From Granulicella sp. (GTDB taxonomy: Bacteria; Acidobacteriota; Terriglobia; Terriglobales; Acidobacteriaceae), in NCBI GenBank assembly GCA_965276885.1, contig OZ255702.1:1137286-1201285 (forward strand): a stretch of 64,000 nucleotides of DNA, read 5' to 3'. The notes below the pieces were generated by a model that had not been told where the DNA came from, searched no databases, and worked only from the letters and a program-made list of their open reading frames with translations. Shown here piece after piece: positions 10,039 through 19,364 of this stretch (positions are counted from its first letter, which is position 1; every line of letters starts with the position of its first letter). The translations under genes and the position numbers were made by a program.

Positions 10039-10578
10039 ATGAAGAAACTTTCTCTTGCCATTCTCGCCGCCGCCGCCGCTCTTGTTTCCGCTGCTCCCGC
10101 TCTGGCTGACACCGTGAACTATAGCCTCACCACCGTCGACCCCACCGTCGCTGCCGGCGGATCCTTCACCTTTTACGGCTCCATCGTGGCACCGTCCGGC
10201 AACACCGGCAGCATCTCGATCCTTTCGGACGCGTTCTCATGCGCAGCCGGCTGCACGATCGACGACACGGGTTTTAGCAACACACCATTCACACTCGCTC
10301 CGGACCAGAGCTACATGGGGCCGCTGTTCACGGTGTCGACCCAAAGCAGGGATGCCGCAGGCAATTACGGGGGCCTCTTCGACATCACCTTTGCCGATTC
10401 CCTGGGCAACACCTTTACCGACAGCGACCCGTTCTCCGTCACCGTGGGCTCGACCGCGTCCGTCACGCCGGAACCCGCCTCGTGGCTGCTGCTGGGTACC
10501 GGCCTGCCCGCGGCGTGGCTGCTGCGCCGCCGCCTTCTCACCCGCGCCGCGAGTGGCCTAGCAGTAAGAATGCCCTAA
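10039..10578 (+). CDS. PEP-CTERM sorting-domain protein
   Basis: Signal peptide MKKLSLA...ALA-D; C-terminal VTPEPASWLLLGTGL...RRR. Confidence 0.9.
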   Translation: MKKLSLAILAAAAALVSAAPALADTVNYSLTTVDPTVAAGGSFTFYGSIVAPSGNTGSISILSDAFSCAAGCTIDDTGFSNTPFTLAPDQSYMGPLFTVSTQSRDAAGNYGGLFDITFADSLGNTFTDSDPFSVTVGSTASVTPEPASWLLLGTGLPAAWLLRRRLLTRAASGLAVRMP

Positions 10579-10708
10579 GGAGGCTCTGATTAAATCCTGC
10601 TACCGGGAAGGGCATGGCTTCAGCCATGCCGTAAGTGCCCTGCTTGCAACGCGCCTTTAGGCGCTGAGGTCAGCTCGATGCTGCTCTGGGTATTTGATCA
10701 GACCTTCC
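10579..10708. repeat. Family A miniature element, copy A1
   Basis: Ends GGAGGCTCTGATTAA and TTGATCAGACCTTCC; two hairpins with TTCA/TTTA loops; flanked by CTAA on both sides. Confidence 0.8.
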
Positions 10709-10712
10709 CTAA

Positions 10713-10832
10713 GGAATCTCTGAATAAGTGTCTGTCTGGAAGGGCGGGAACTTTATAGCGGTTCGCCGTAAATCCAGTAACAGCAACGCGACTTTAGCCG
10801 CTGAGATACGTTCGCTGACGATCAGACCTTCC
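10713..10832. repeat. Family A miniature element, copy A2 (tandem with A1)
   Basis: GGAATCTCTGAATAAG...GATCAGACCTTCC followed by CTAG; close to copies at 43308 and 45584. Confidence 0.8.
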
Positions 10833-10898
10833 CTAGATTCTTCTCCCACCCGCGCTTGTCACGGGCCTGCGTGCCGGGAATCATGAAAGGAAAACAGT

Positions 10899-11924
10899 AT
10901 GGTTCCTAAATGCATCGGTTTCATGGCCCTGACGGCGGTGGCGGTCGGTTTGGCACTGGTTACCACCATGGTCGCCCCGGCTCAAACACCTACGTCGCAG
11001 CAGAGCCGGAGCGCCAGCGACAACCGGGCCGACGGCATGTCCCAGAACTTGATCTGGGTGCGTATCCTCCCGTTTGAAATGCGTGATCAGGGCTGGCAGG
11101 TGAGCAATGAAAATGGCCAAGATATTCTCAACATGATTGAAGAGCTCAAGCCTGACGTTCTGGATCGCTTCATCACCGGCAAACCCGGCCTGAGTATCGA
11201 AGTCCCGATGGGCCCCGGCGCCGCGCCGTTGAAGTTTGTGGACTATCTCGACGCCGCGATGAAAGCGGGGGCGCCAGGATGCTTTTTGACGCCTAAAGAT
11301 CATCTCAATGACATTTGGTCGGATGACTACCGGATGGAAGCGGCACAGGCGTTATATGACCTGCCGGTGACTCCGCGCCTCAAGGCAATGGATCTGGACG
11401 AATTCTTCACCCATGGCACCCCGGAAGAACATCAGCAAACGCTGGAAAAGTTCAAGGCCATGGGCTGGAAATACTTGGGATACAATTTCGCGGGCGGCCC
11501 CAAGCCAGCCTACGGACTTATCAGTTATGCCGAGGCGGGGGTCAACAAAACTACTTGGGAAGTAAACCTGAACGCCCTTGCGGCCATGAAGGATGAAGGG
11601 ATTAAAACCCGTTTGGCGCACATAGATTATCCCGGGGCAATCGTTGAATTCGGAAAGCTTTCACCTGACCGCCAGGCGGACATCATCCAGAAGATAAGCC
11701 GGGAGCAGCATCAGTATGGTTTTACCTTTATCTATCCAATTTTATATCAACGTAAGGGTTATGACGCCACCAAGGAAGTCACCCGGAGCGAGGGCCCCTA
11801 TCATGGGGCGACGGTGTTTCAGATCATCAAGGAAGATATTCGATGTGATCGCCAGTATCCCAAGCCATGCATCCCTCAATTTGCTCGACAAGCTGCTGCT
11901 GGCGGTGGAGGTGCGCCCAGGTAA
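10899..11924 (+). CDS. Secreted protein of unknown function
   Basis: 341-aa ORF; AGGA upstream; hydrophobic N-terminal signal; globular composition; no motif recognised. Confidence 0.7.
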   Translation: MVPKCIGFMALTAVAVGLALVTTMVAPAQTPTSQQSRSASDNRADGMSQNLIWVRILPFEMRDQGWQVSNENGQDILNMIEELKPDVLDRFITGKPGLSIEVPMGPGAAPLKFVDYLDAAMKAGAPGCFLTPKDHLNDIWSDDYRMEAAQALYDLPVTPRLKAMDLDEFFTHGTPEEHQQTLEKFKAMGWKYLGYNFAGGPKPAYGLISYAEAGVNKTTWEVNLNALAAMKDEGIKTRLAHIDYPGAIVEFGKLSPDRQADIIQKISREQHQYGFTFIYPILYQRKGYDATKEVTRSEGPYHGATVFQIIKEDIRCDRQYPKPCIPQFARQAAAGGGGAPR

Positions 11925-12146
11925 GCGCGGGAGGAGTCGAGGCGGCTCCGGCGCAAGCGCGATACTCACTGCGGCCAGATGGTAGAAATGCTAAAACTTC
12001 AAGAGATGAATCAGTACTCTGGCACTTATCATTTTGCAAGCTCTGATATGAATCCCATTTAGCTACGGAGTAAATGGGTACTGGCACGCAGTAAGTCCTC
12101 CGGGTGCCATCGTGTAAACCTATGTTTGGTTGAGGGAAAGGTCAAG

Positions 12147-13760
12147 ATGACACGCACGCTCCTCTTCGCTCTCGCGCTGTTCACGGCCGCTCCCGTCACC
12201 GCCGTTCCCTTCGCCGCTTACGCTTCCCATCCACTCGTTGTGAAAACCGGGAAAGGCAAGATCCGCGGCGCCCTCACAATGGACGGGCAGGTTCGTGCGT
12301 TTAAGGGGATTCCGTTTGCCGCGCCGCCGGTGGGCGACCTGCGCTGGCAGCCGCCGCAGCCGGCGTCGAGCTGGAAGGGCGTCCACGGCGCCACGCAGTT
12401 CGGCGATCACTGCCTGCAATCCGGCACGGCTCGGGACAGGGTGTTCGATGACCCTGGGGAGAGCGAAGACTGCCTGACACTCAACGTGTGGACTCCGGCG
12501 AACGCGAAAAAGGGAAGCCTGCCCGTGATGGTGTGGATTTACGGTGGAGGATTTCGCGGGGGCGGCAGCTCGGAGACGCGGCAGCATGGCGAATCCTTGG
12601 CGCACCGCAACGTCGTGATTGTCTCCATGAATTATCGGCTCGGAATCTTTGGGTTCTTTGTCCATCCGGAACTCGCGGCGGAGTCGCCGCACCACGCCGC
12701 CGGCAACTATGGATTGCTGGACCAGAACGCCGCGCTGGATTGGGTCCAAAAGAACATTGCGAACTTCGGCGGAGACCCGCACAACGTGACGATCTTCGGC
12801 CAGTCGGCGGGGTCCTTGTCCGTGAGCGCGCTGATGGCGTCGCCGCTTGCCCAGGGCAAGTTTGCGAAGGCCATAGGCGAGAGCGGCGCTGAGTTCGGCA
12901 CCTTTCAGACCAAGCCGCTCGAACCGCTGGAGCAGGAGGACGTGAAGTTCGCCCAGGGGGCATTCGGTACATCCAAACTGGCCGATTTGCGGAAGATTTC
13001 CGCGGACGAGCTGCTGAAGAAAACCCTGGCCCATAACCGCCAAACGCATGTTTCCATTTCCTTTTGGCCGGACGTAGATGGGTGGTTCCTGCCCGAGCCT
13101 GTGGCGCAAATTTATGCGGAGGGAAAGCATGCCCATGTTCCTCTGCTGGCCGGCTGGAACGCCGATGAAGCGCGGGGTTCCGTGATCCTGGCGAAGCCTC
13201 AGCCGACGGCGGAAAGCTTCAAGACGAAGGCCCAGGCGGAGTTCGGACCGGATACGGCGGAGTTTCTGAAACTCTATCCGGCCAACACGGACGCGGAAGC
13301 GGTGCGCTCCGCGGGCGACCTGGCCGGGGACCGCTTTATCGAATACTCCACCTGGCGCTGGCTGGAGACGCAGGTCGAGACCGGAGATGCGCCGGTGTAC
13401 CGCTATCGCTTCGAGCTCGGTTCGCCTGGAGACAACATTCACCCGGCGGTGCTCGGGGCTCCTCACTCCGACGAAATCGAGTATGTCTTCGGAACGCTCG
13501 ACTCGCGTCCGGGGGCGAAGTGGCGTCCCGAAGACCGCAAGCTTTCCGACGAGATGGGCCGGTACTGGACCAACTTCGCGCGCACGGGAAACCCGAACGG
13601 CGATAGCCTGCCCAACTGGCCCACCTACAATGCCGCCGGTAACTGGCAGGTTATGCACTTGAACGCGACCTCCGAGGCTAAACCGGACACCCAGCGGGCG
13701 CGCTATCTCTTTCTGGACAAGGAATGGGGGCGGGCCACGGCTCAGGAGCCGGAAAACTGA
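12147..13760 (+). CDS. Type B carboxylesterase (pNB-esterase-like), secreted
   Basis: EDCLTLNVWTP; WIYGGGF; FGGDPHNVTIFGQSAG nucleophile elbow; HSDEIEYVFG. Confidence 0.93.
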   Translation: MTRTLLFALALFTAAPVTAVPFAAYASHPLVVKTGKGKIRGALTMDGQVRAFKGIPFAAPPVGDLRWQPPQPASSWKGVHGATQFGDHCLQSGTARDRVFDDPGESEDCLTLNVWTPANAKKGSLPVMVWIYGGGFRGGGSSETRQHGESLAHRNVVIVSMNYRLGIFGFFVHPELAAESPHHAAGNYGLLDQNAALDWVQKNIANFGGDPHNVTIFGQSAGSLSVSALMASPLAQGKFAKAIGESGAEFGTFQTKPLEPLEQEDVKFAQGAFGTSKLADLRKISADELLKKTLAHNRQTHVSISFWPDVDGWFLPEPVAQIYAEGKHAHVPLLAGWNADEARGSVILAKPQPTAESFKTKAQAEFGPDTAEFLKLYPANTDAEAVRSAGDLAGDRFIEYSTWRWLETQVETGDAPVYRYRFELGSPGDNIHPAVLGAPHSDEIEYVFGTLDSRPGAKWRPEDRKLSDEMGRYWTNFARTGNPNGDSLPNWPTYNAAGNWQVMHLNATSEAKPDTQRARYLFLDKEWGRATAQEPEN

Positions 13761-14038
13761 CTTCCTTCCTTCGGGTATTTCATTAGTTCAAAGACATTCT
13801 GCCCGGATAATGGCCTAAACATTTGCAATCAAGAAGAGGCGGAGCGCTTCCTCAATCTTCTATGCTGTTCTGTTCCTCATTCCGAAGCACACACGCGTCG
13901 GAGGGATGAGCACCGCGGGCCCGATATCGACGCGCAACACAGAGTATCCTCCAGCATACGAGCGGCAACTAGCTTGAGGGCTTTCTTTAGTTGAGGCTCA
14001 CAACATAACTTTTCACAGCCACTCGTGGAGACAAGTTC

Positions 14039-17000
14039 ATGTGTATCCAACTCTGGAAGAGGGTATTCAACCAGTTGCAACAATGGCCCACTCGAGAGCG
14101 GGCTGCGATCTCCGTAATCCAAATTCTTCTGCTCGCGCTGTCGTGCGCGGGCGTGGGTCTTGCGCAGATCGTAACGGCCGCGGTGCAGGGCACGGCAACC
14201 GACCCCTCAGGCGCATCGGTTCCGAGCGCTGCGGTGACGGCTACCGATACATCGACAGGCGTGTCCACGAAGACGAAGGCCGATGCGACTGGACGCTTCG
14301 TCTTTCCACAGCTTGCCCCGGGTGGCCCATATACAGTGACCGTCTCGGCGCCGGGATTCAAAACCGAAGTTCATGCCGGCATCATGCTGGACGTGAACCA
14401 GAGCGTTACCTTGCCGGTTTCGCTGCAGCTTGGTGCGAGCGATGAGAAAGTCGAAGTCTACGCGGATGTTTCGCAGATCGACACGACCAGCGCCGCGATC
14501 GGCGAAGTCATCGAGAACCGAAGCATCGACGATCTTCCGCTCAATCAACGCAATGTGTATTCCTTGGTCTTCTTAGCGCCCGGCGTTACCGGATCGGTGA
14601 CGGCACAATACAACAGCCTGAACATCTCGATCGATGGCGGCCGCCCCGGCGCGACCGACGTGCTGCTCGATGCCATCCCGGCCTCTCCTCCGCTGATCAA
14701 TCCGATCGGCGGCCTCGCGGCGTTTCCGTCCGTGGACGCCGTGCAGGAGTTCAAGGTAATGAATAACCAGTACTCCGCGGAGTTCGGACGGAGCCAGAGC
14801 GGCATCATCAACATTATCCTCAAGTCCGGCAATAATAAGTTTCACGGAAGTGTGTATGACTTCGTGCGCAACTCCGGCATGGACGCGAACCTGTTCTTCA
14901 ACAGGCTAAATGATACCCCGCTGCCGCCGTTCAGCCGCAACCAATTTGGAGGCAGCCTTTCAGGTCCGATTTGGCTGCCTAAGATATACAACGGCCATGA
15001 CAAGACATTTTTCCTGTTCTCGTATGAAGGGCTGCGCCAGGGCACCGGCTCGTCCATGTACTTCAGCGTTCCGACCGCGCTCGAACGCGCAGGTGATTTC
15101 TCGCAGAGTTATACGACGGCCGGCACGAAGGTTCACATTTACGATCCGGCTACGACGGTCAACAGTGGCGGTACCTATACGCGCAAGGAATTTGTCAACA
15201 ACGGCGTTGTCGACCAGATTCCGGCCAACCGGCTCGATCCGGTTGCGGCGAAGGTGCTCTCCTATTACCCGCTGCCCAATGTCGCGACGCCCTCCAACGC
15301 CAGTGTCAACAACTACTTCGCAACCGCCACGCAGAGCGTCACGATCGACACAATCGACTCGCGTGTCGATGAAGTGATCAACGACCGCAACCGCTTCTTC
15401 GTTCGCTACTCGCGGCGCGGCCTCGATACTCTGCCCTACCGCTACTGGCCGAACCCGTTCCAGGTCGCCGAGGGCGGCCAGGATCAGCCGCAGGTTTCCA
15501 ACAGCGCGGCGGCGGACTACACGCGCACGCAGTCGCCGAAATTCCTCATCGATGTCCGCTTCGGCTTCTCACGTACGGCAATCAACTTCACGCCGATCAG
15601 CGCCGGCTTCAATCCTTCTACTCAGCTTGGATTTCCGGGCTACATCGCAGCCAATGCCGACCACCTGCTCTTTCCCGGCATCGCACCGGCAAGCTATCAG
15701 ACACTCGGCGACGGCGGTCCGGGGCAGGCGCGTCACGGTGGGTTCGATGTCTATCTCATCGGAATCGATACTACAAAGATCATCGGTCACCACGTCATTC
15801 ACTTCGGCTTCGACGGACGCCTGCTGCGCGCCGACGACCTCGAATCCGGTGCGTCGACCGGCACATTCAGCTTCAGCCCCGTGGCCACGCAGCAGAACAA
15901 TACCTCCTCCGCCACTTCGGGAAACTCCATCGCTTCGCTGGCGCTTGGCCTGGGCACAACGGGCACGATGACAATCAACTCCAAAAACGCGGCTACGGAG
16001 AGCAAGTATTACGGCCTGTTTGTTCAGGACGACTGGCAGTTGCTGACCAAGCTCGCGGTGAACCTTGGTCTGCGCTACGACCTGGACATCCCCCGCACGG
16101 AGCGTTTCAACCGCATGGAAGTTTTCAATCCCTCGGTTGCGTCTCCACTCGCGTCGGCAGTCCCAGGGCTCACCGGCGGTGTACAGTACGTCGATGCCGG
16201 TGGCACGAGCCGGAGGCAGTTCAGTCCGCGATATCTGGACTTCGGTCCACGCGTCGGCATGTCCTATGCGCTCGAAAACAACACGACGGTTCGCGCGGGC
16301 TACGGCGTTTACTTCGGACCTTCGATGCGCTCAGCCGCTGCAACGATTGGCCAGGAGGGCTTCAGCAGCACCACCAGCTACGCCGGCCTTGCCTCCAATC
16401 TGCCAAGCACGTATCTAAGCAATCCGTTCCCCACGGGGCTGAACTTCCCCGTGAGCTCGTCCCAGGGACTGTTGACGGGCATCGGTTCCACCTTTGAAAG
16501 TCCGCTGGTCAATGACAACAAGGTAGGCTACGTGCAGACGTGGGACCTGGACATCCAGCGTCAACTTCCTGGAAAGATCCTGCTGGACGTGGCTTATGTT
16601 GGAACGCACGGCGTGCACCTGAACAAAGGCGGCGAAACGGATTACAACGCAAACCAGCTCACGCCGGCGACTATCGCGAACGCGGGCTCGACTCTTACGG
16701 GTACATCGACAAATCCGTTCTACGGCTCCATCAAGACTGGTCCTGAAGCGGGTAAGACGATCCCCAACTACTATCTCGCACAGCCGTTCCCGGAGTTTCT
16801 GGCCATTGACTATACCCTTCCGGTTGGCGGCTGGGAGCATTACAACTCGTTTCAAGCCAAAGCGGTGGAGCATCTTTCGCATGGGCTGACGATGCTCGTG
16901 TCCTACACCGATCAGAAGCAGATCGACGACTACTCAGGTATCCAGAACGTAGGCAACATCACCGGCGGTATTCAGAATATTTACAACGACGCGGGGGAGC

Positions 17001-17584
17001 GCGCGGTTTCGTCGAACAACATCGGAAGAATGTTGACCGTCAGCGCTGTCTACGCGCTTCCTCTCGGACGCCGACAGCAGTTCGGAGCGCAATGGAATCG
17101 CGGTGTCGATGCGCTGTTCGGAGGCTGGCAGATCAATGGGATTGTGACCGAACAGAACGGTTTCCCACTCTCGCCCACTGCGACCAACTCACTGGTGAGT
17201 GGCAATGCGGGCAACAACGTTCTTCGTCCGAACGTTGTCGCCGGCGTCAGCCCGAAGGTTTCGGGACCGAACTACGTCAAGCGCACCAACTGGGTAAACG
17301 CGGCTGCGTTCTCCACTCCCGCGGCTTACACATTCGGCAACGCACCTCGTACGCTGCCGGAGGCGCGGCAGGATGGAACCCATAACATCGATGCCTCGAT
17401 CTTTAAGAGCTTTCGTTTCGGAGACCGCTACGATTTTGAAGTCCGCGGCGAGTTCTTCAATGTTCTGAACCAGACGGTCTTCGGAACTCCGACAATGAAT
17501 ATCAATTCGTCTGCATTCGGCACCGTGACCAGCCAGGCAAACGCGCCGCGCGAAATTCAGGCAGCGGCAAAATTGGTCTTTTAG
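14039..17584 (+). CDS. TonB-dependent receptor with N-terminal carboxypeptidase-regulatory-like domain (Oar-like)
   Basis: GTATDPSGASVP N-domain; DAVQEFKV...YSAEFG; NQFGGSLSGP; FVQDDWQ; C-terminal AKLVF. Exact start uncertain. Confidence 0.93.
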   Translation: MCIQLWKRVFNQLQQWPTRERAAISVIQILLLALSCAGVGLAQIVTAAVQGTATDPSGASVPSAAVTATDTSTGVSTKTKADATGRFVFPQLAPGGPYTVTVSAPGFKTEVHAGIMLDVNQSVTLPVSLQLGASDEKVEVYADVSQIDTTSAAIGEVIENRSIDDLPLNQRNVYSLVFLAPGVTGSVTAQYNSLNISIDGGRPGATDVLLDAIPASPPLINPIGGLAAFPSVDAVQEFKVMNNQYSAEFGRSQSGIINIILKSGNNKFHGSVYDFVRNSGMDANLFFNRLNDTPLPPFSRNQFGGSLSGPIWLPKIYNGHDKTFFLFSYEGLRQGTGSSMYFSVPTALERAGDFSQSYTTAGTKVHIYDPATTVNSGGTYTRKEFVNNGVVDQIPANRLDPVAAKVLSYYPLPNVATPSNASVNNYFATATQSVTIDTIDSRVDEVINDRNRFFVRYSRRGLDTLPYRYWPNPFQVAEGGQDQPQVSNSAAADYTRTQSPKFLIDVRFGFSRTAINFTPISAGFNPSTQLGFPGYIAANADHLLFPGIAPASYQTLGDGGPGQARHGGFDVYLIGIDTTKIIGHHVIHFGFDGRLLRADDLESGASTGTFSFSPVATQQNNTSSATSGNSIASLALGLGTTGTMTINSKNAATESKYYGLFVQDDWQLLTKLAVNLGLRYDLDIPRTERFNRMEVFNPSVASPLASAVPGLTGGVQYVDAGGTSRRQFSPRYLDFGPRVGMSYALENNTTVRAGYGVYFGPSMRSAAATIGQEGFSSTTSYAGLASNLPSTYLSNPFPTGLNFPVSSSQGLLTGIGSTFESPLVNDNKVGYVQTWDLDIQRQLPGKILLDVAYVGTHGVHLNKGGETDYNANQLTPATIANAGSTLTGTSTNPFYGSIKTGPEAGKTIPNYYLAQPFPEFLAIDYTLPVGGWEHYNSFQAKAVEHLSHGLTMLVSYTDQKQIDDYSGIQNVGNITGGIQNIYNDAGERAVSSNNIGRMLTVSAVYALPLGRRQQFGAQWNRGVDALFGGWQINGIVTEQNGFPLSPTATNSLVSGNAGNNVLRPNVVAGVSPKVSGPNYVKRTNWVNAAAFSTPAAYTFGNAPRTLPEARQDGTHNIDASIFKSFRFGDRYDFEVRGEFFNVLNQTVFGTPTMNINSSAFGTVTSQANAPREIQAAAKLVF

Positions 17585-18176
17585 GAGCTTGTTGAATAAC
17601 GTATAAGGCACGCGAGATTGCTGGGATGTTGTGGGGCAGCAGCGGTGATTGTTGTTTGAACCGAGCCGCAGGCCTGCATATACGAGTTTTGCTAGGCCGT
17701 TGAAAAGGCCGTTACCGGCCTTTCAGTGTCTTTCAGGCACACTGCTCCCCGAGCACTTCCGCGCTTTGTTGCGCGATCAGCCGGGTGCAGGATTGTGCGC
17801 GGCGCAGCTGAAGACGAGCATCCAGTCCACCTTGTGCCGCCCGCGCAGCTTCACCTGGCGCAGCGGCCGGTCTGCTTGAGCCACCCAAAGCTCTTTTCGA
17901 CCAGCCAGCGGCAGCTCAGGCTGATCGCGTAGCCGGGGTGCCGGGTGGTCCTGGCATTCATGTTGGAGCGCCGTCCGTTGTCGTTCTTGGTGATGTGCGG
18001 CGTGAAATTCAACTTGCGCGCGGCGGCGGCGAAGTCCTCGCTGTCTAGGCCTTATCGGCGCCCACGGTGATGCGCCGCGAGCGGCCCTTCCGCTTTTCTC
18101 CGGGCATCAGCAGCGCGGCTTCGCGCTCGGCAAAGCCGTCGACCTGGGTGGCCATCGCGGCCGCAATCAGGCCATT

Positions 18177-18211
18177 CACCCCAGCGCACAAGTGCGCCGG
18201 GGACCCCGGTT
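18177..18211. repeat. Family C short palindromic repeat inserted in the IS5 pseudogene
   Basis: CACCCCAGCGCACAAGTGCGCCGGGGACCCC is absent at the matching position of the intact paralog (about 44020). Confidence 0.75.
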
Positions 18212-18399
18212 GCGATTCTCCACCAGCACATGGCCCAGATACGCCAGGTATGACTCCTTGCCGTAGCTCTTCCTGTACAGCCGCGCGTCCGGATCGGTTC
18301 GATTCATGCGTCTCGTTGGAACGCTTGCCGCCATGGAAGTTGGTGCCGTCGTCATCCGAGCCGTCCTTGCGCCGGAAGCTCTTCTGCGACGCCCAGGCT

Positions 18400-18441
18400 T
18401 CTCACCCCACGGACGAAGACCTGTCCGTGGGGACCCCAATC
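18400..18441. repeat. Family C short palindromic repeat (42 nt) inserted in the IS5 pseudogene
   Basis: CACCCCACGGACGAAGACCTGTCCGTGGGGACCCC is absent at the matching position of the intact paralog (about 44208). Confidence 0.78.
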
Positions 18442-18584
18442 TGAATCAGTGTGCCGTCCACGGTGAAGTGCTCGTCCGACATCGATCACCACCCGGTCCG
18501 ACAACGTGAGATGACAATAACCTGCAGCCATAAGCAACAATCCCTTCTGCGGAAGTGTTGCACATGGACCCCTGAATCCGCCCA

Positions 18585-18737
18585 CCCCTGTATTTCGCTC
18601 GGGGCGTCAAAACATCTGTGTAGCCACAAACGAATACGGGGGTCTCTCCACTCCGGCTTCCACCCCAGCGAACAAGTTCGCTGGGGGCTCGGCTGCGCCT
18701 CCAGTCGAGAGGACACGGCATAGGAAGAGGTAAACCG
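18585..18737. repeat. Family E element, right-hand part, containing a family C palindrome at 18661-18688
   Basis: Shares CCCCTGTATTTCG, CATCTGTGTAGCCACAAA and GGTAAACCG with 3658-3795. Confidence 0.7.
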
Positions 18738-18758
18738 CATTCGCCCCGTTGTTCGTCA

Positions 18759-19091
18759 TCAGGCAATGGCGTCCAGAATGCGCCGCACCTGCTCGGGTTT
18801 CAGGTCTCCGACGCGGCAGCTGGCCAGGGCGCGTAGCTCCCGCAACTGCCGCTCGCGGCTTTTCAGCGTGTCCATCTCCGCATGCAGCAGCTGGCTGATG
18901 CTGGGCGCATACGACGGCTCCACGAAACTGGTGGGCGAAATCACGATATAGCCAGATTCTTCCGCAAGATCCCTGAGCATCTGCTGCGCTCCGGGGTTTG
19001 CGCGCAGAAAGGCGGTCGTATCCGGCGGCTCTGGTTCGACCATCGTACCGACGCATGTAGGGGTGCGCTCTGCGGTGAGCTGCTGGGGCAT
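18759..19091 (-). CDS. Hypothetical protein, 110 aa
   Basis: AAGGAG RBS before ATG; helical C-terminus; no motif recognised. Confidence 0.6.
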   Translation of the reverse strand: MPQQLTAERTPTCVGTMVEPEPPDTTAFLRANPGAQQMLRDLAEESGYIVISPTSFVEPSYAPSISQLLHAEMDTLKSRERQLRELRALASCRVGDLKPEQVRRILDAIA

Positions 19092-19276
19092 GTAGGTCTC
19101 CTTGTGTACCGTGCGGAAAGCCTACTACGACTCTAGTGTCATTTCGTGAAACTATTTGTGGAACTTTAGTAACCAAGCTACTTGGCTGAAACGATTGGCA
19201 CGACCTGCAGTCTCCAAATCGGACGCGAGAGTCGCAGGGTAGGCCGTGTCCCAGCATGTCCCTAGATAGCGGGTCG

Positions 19277-19324
19277 ACGGCGGAATGCACGGCGGAATGA
19301 ACGGCGGAGCGCATGGCGGAATGC
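19277..19324. repeat. Tandem repeat, 4 x 12 bp (ACGGCGGAATGC-like)
   Basis: ACGGCGGAATGC ACGGCGGAATGA ACGGCGGAGCGC ATGGCGGAATGC. Confidence 0.85.
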
Positions 19325-19364
19325 ATATTTGTCGATCTCGCCGGGCTCACTCTCACTCGGGGGT

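Larger units (their letters stand above)
17585..18483 (-). pseudogene. Decayed IS5-family element(s), paralogous to the IS at 43441-44716
   Basis: End GAGCTTGTTGAA after TTAG; second end GGCCGTTGAAAA after CTAG near 17693; fragments DARLYRKSYGKES and RRSNMNARTTRHPGYAISLSCRWLVEKSFGW with frameshifts; 5' part missing. Confidence 0.85.

Noticed and set aside
12120-13658. Long antisense ORFs (also 53851-55575, 57134-58453, 40454-41500, 5512-6570, 28497-29543 and others)
   Set aside because: These are shadows of well-supported genes on the opposite strand, expected in high-GC DNA, with no motifs of their own.
18607-19356. 249-aa minus-strand ORF with xHSA repeats
   Set aside because: It overlaps the better-supported 110-aa gene in another frame and runs through repeat DNA; the peptide repeats come from the 12-bp tandem.
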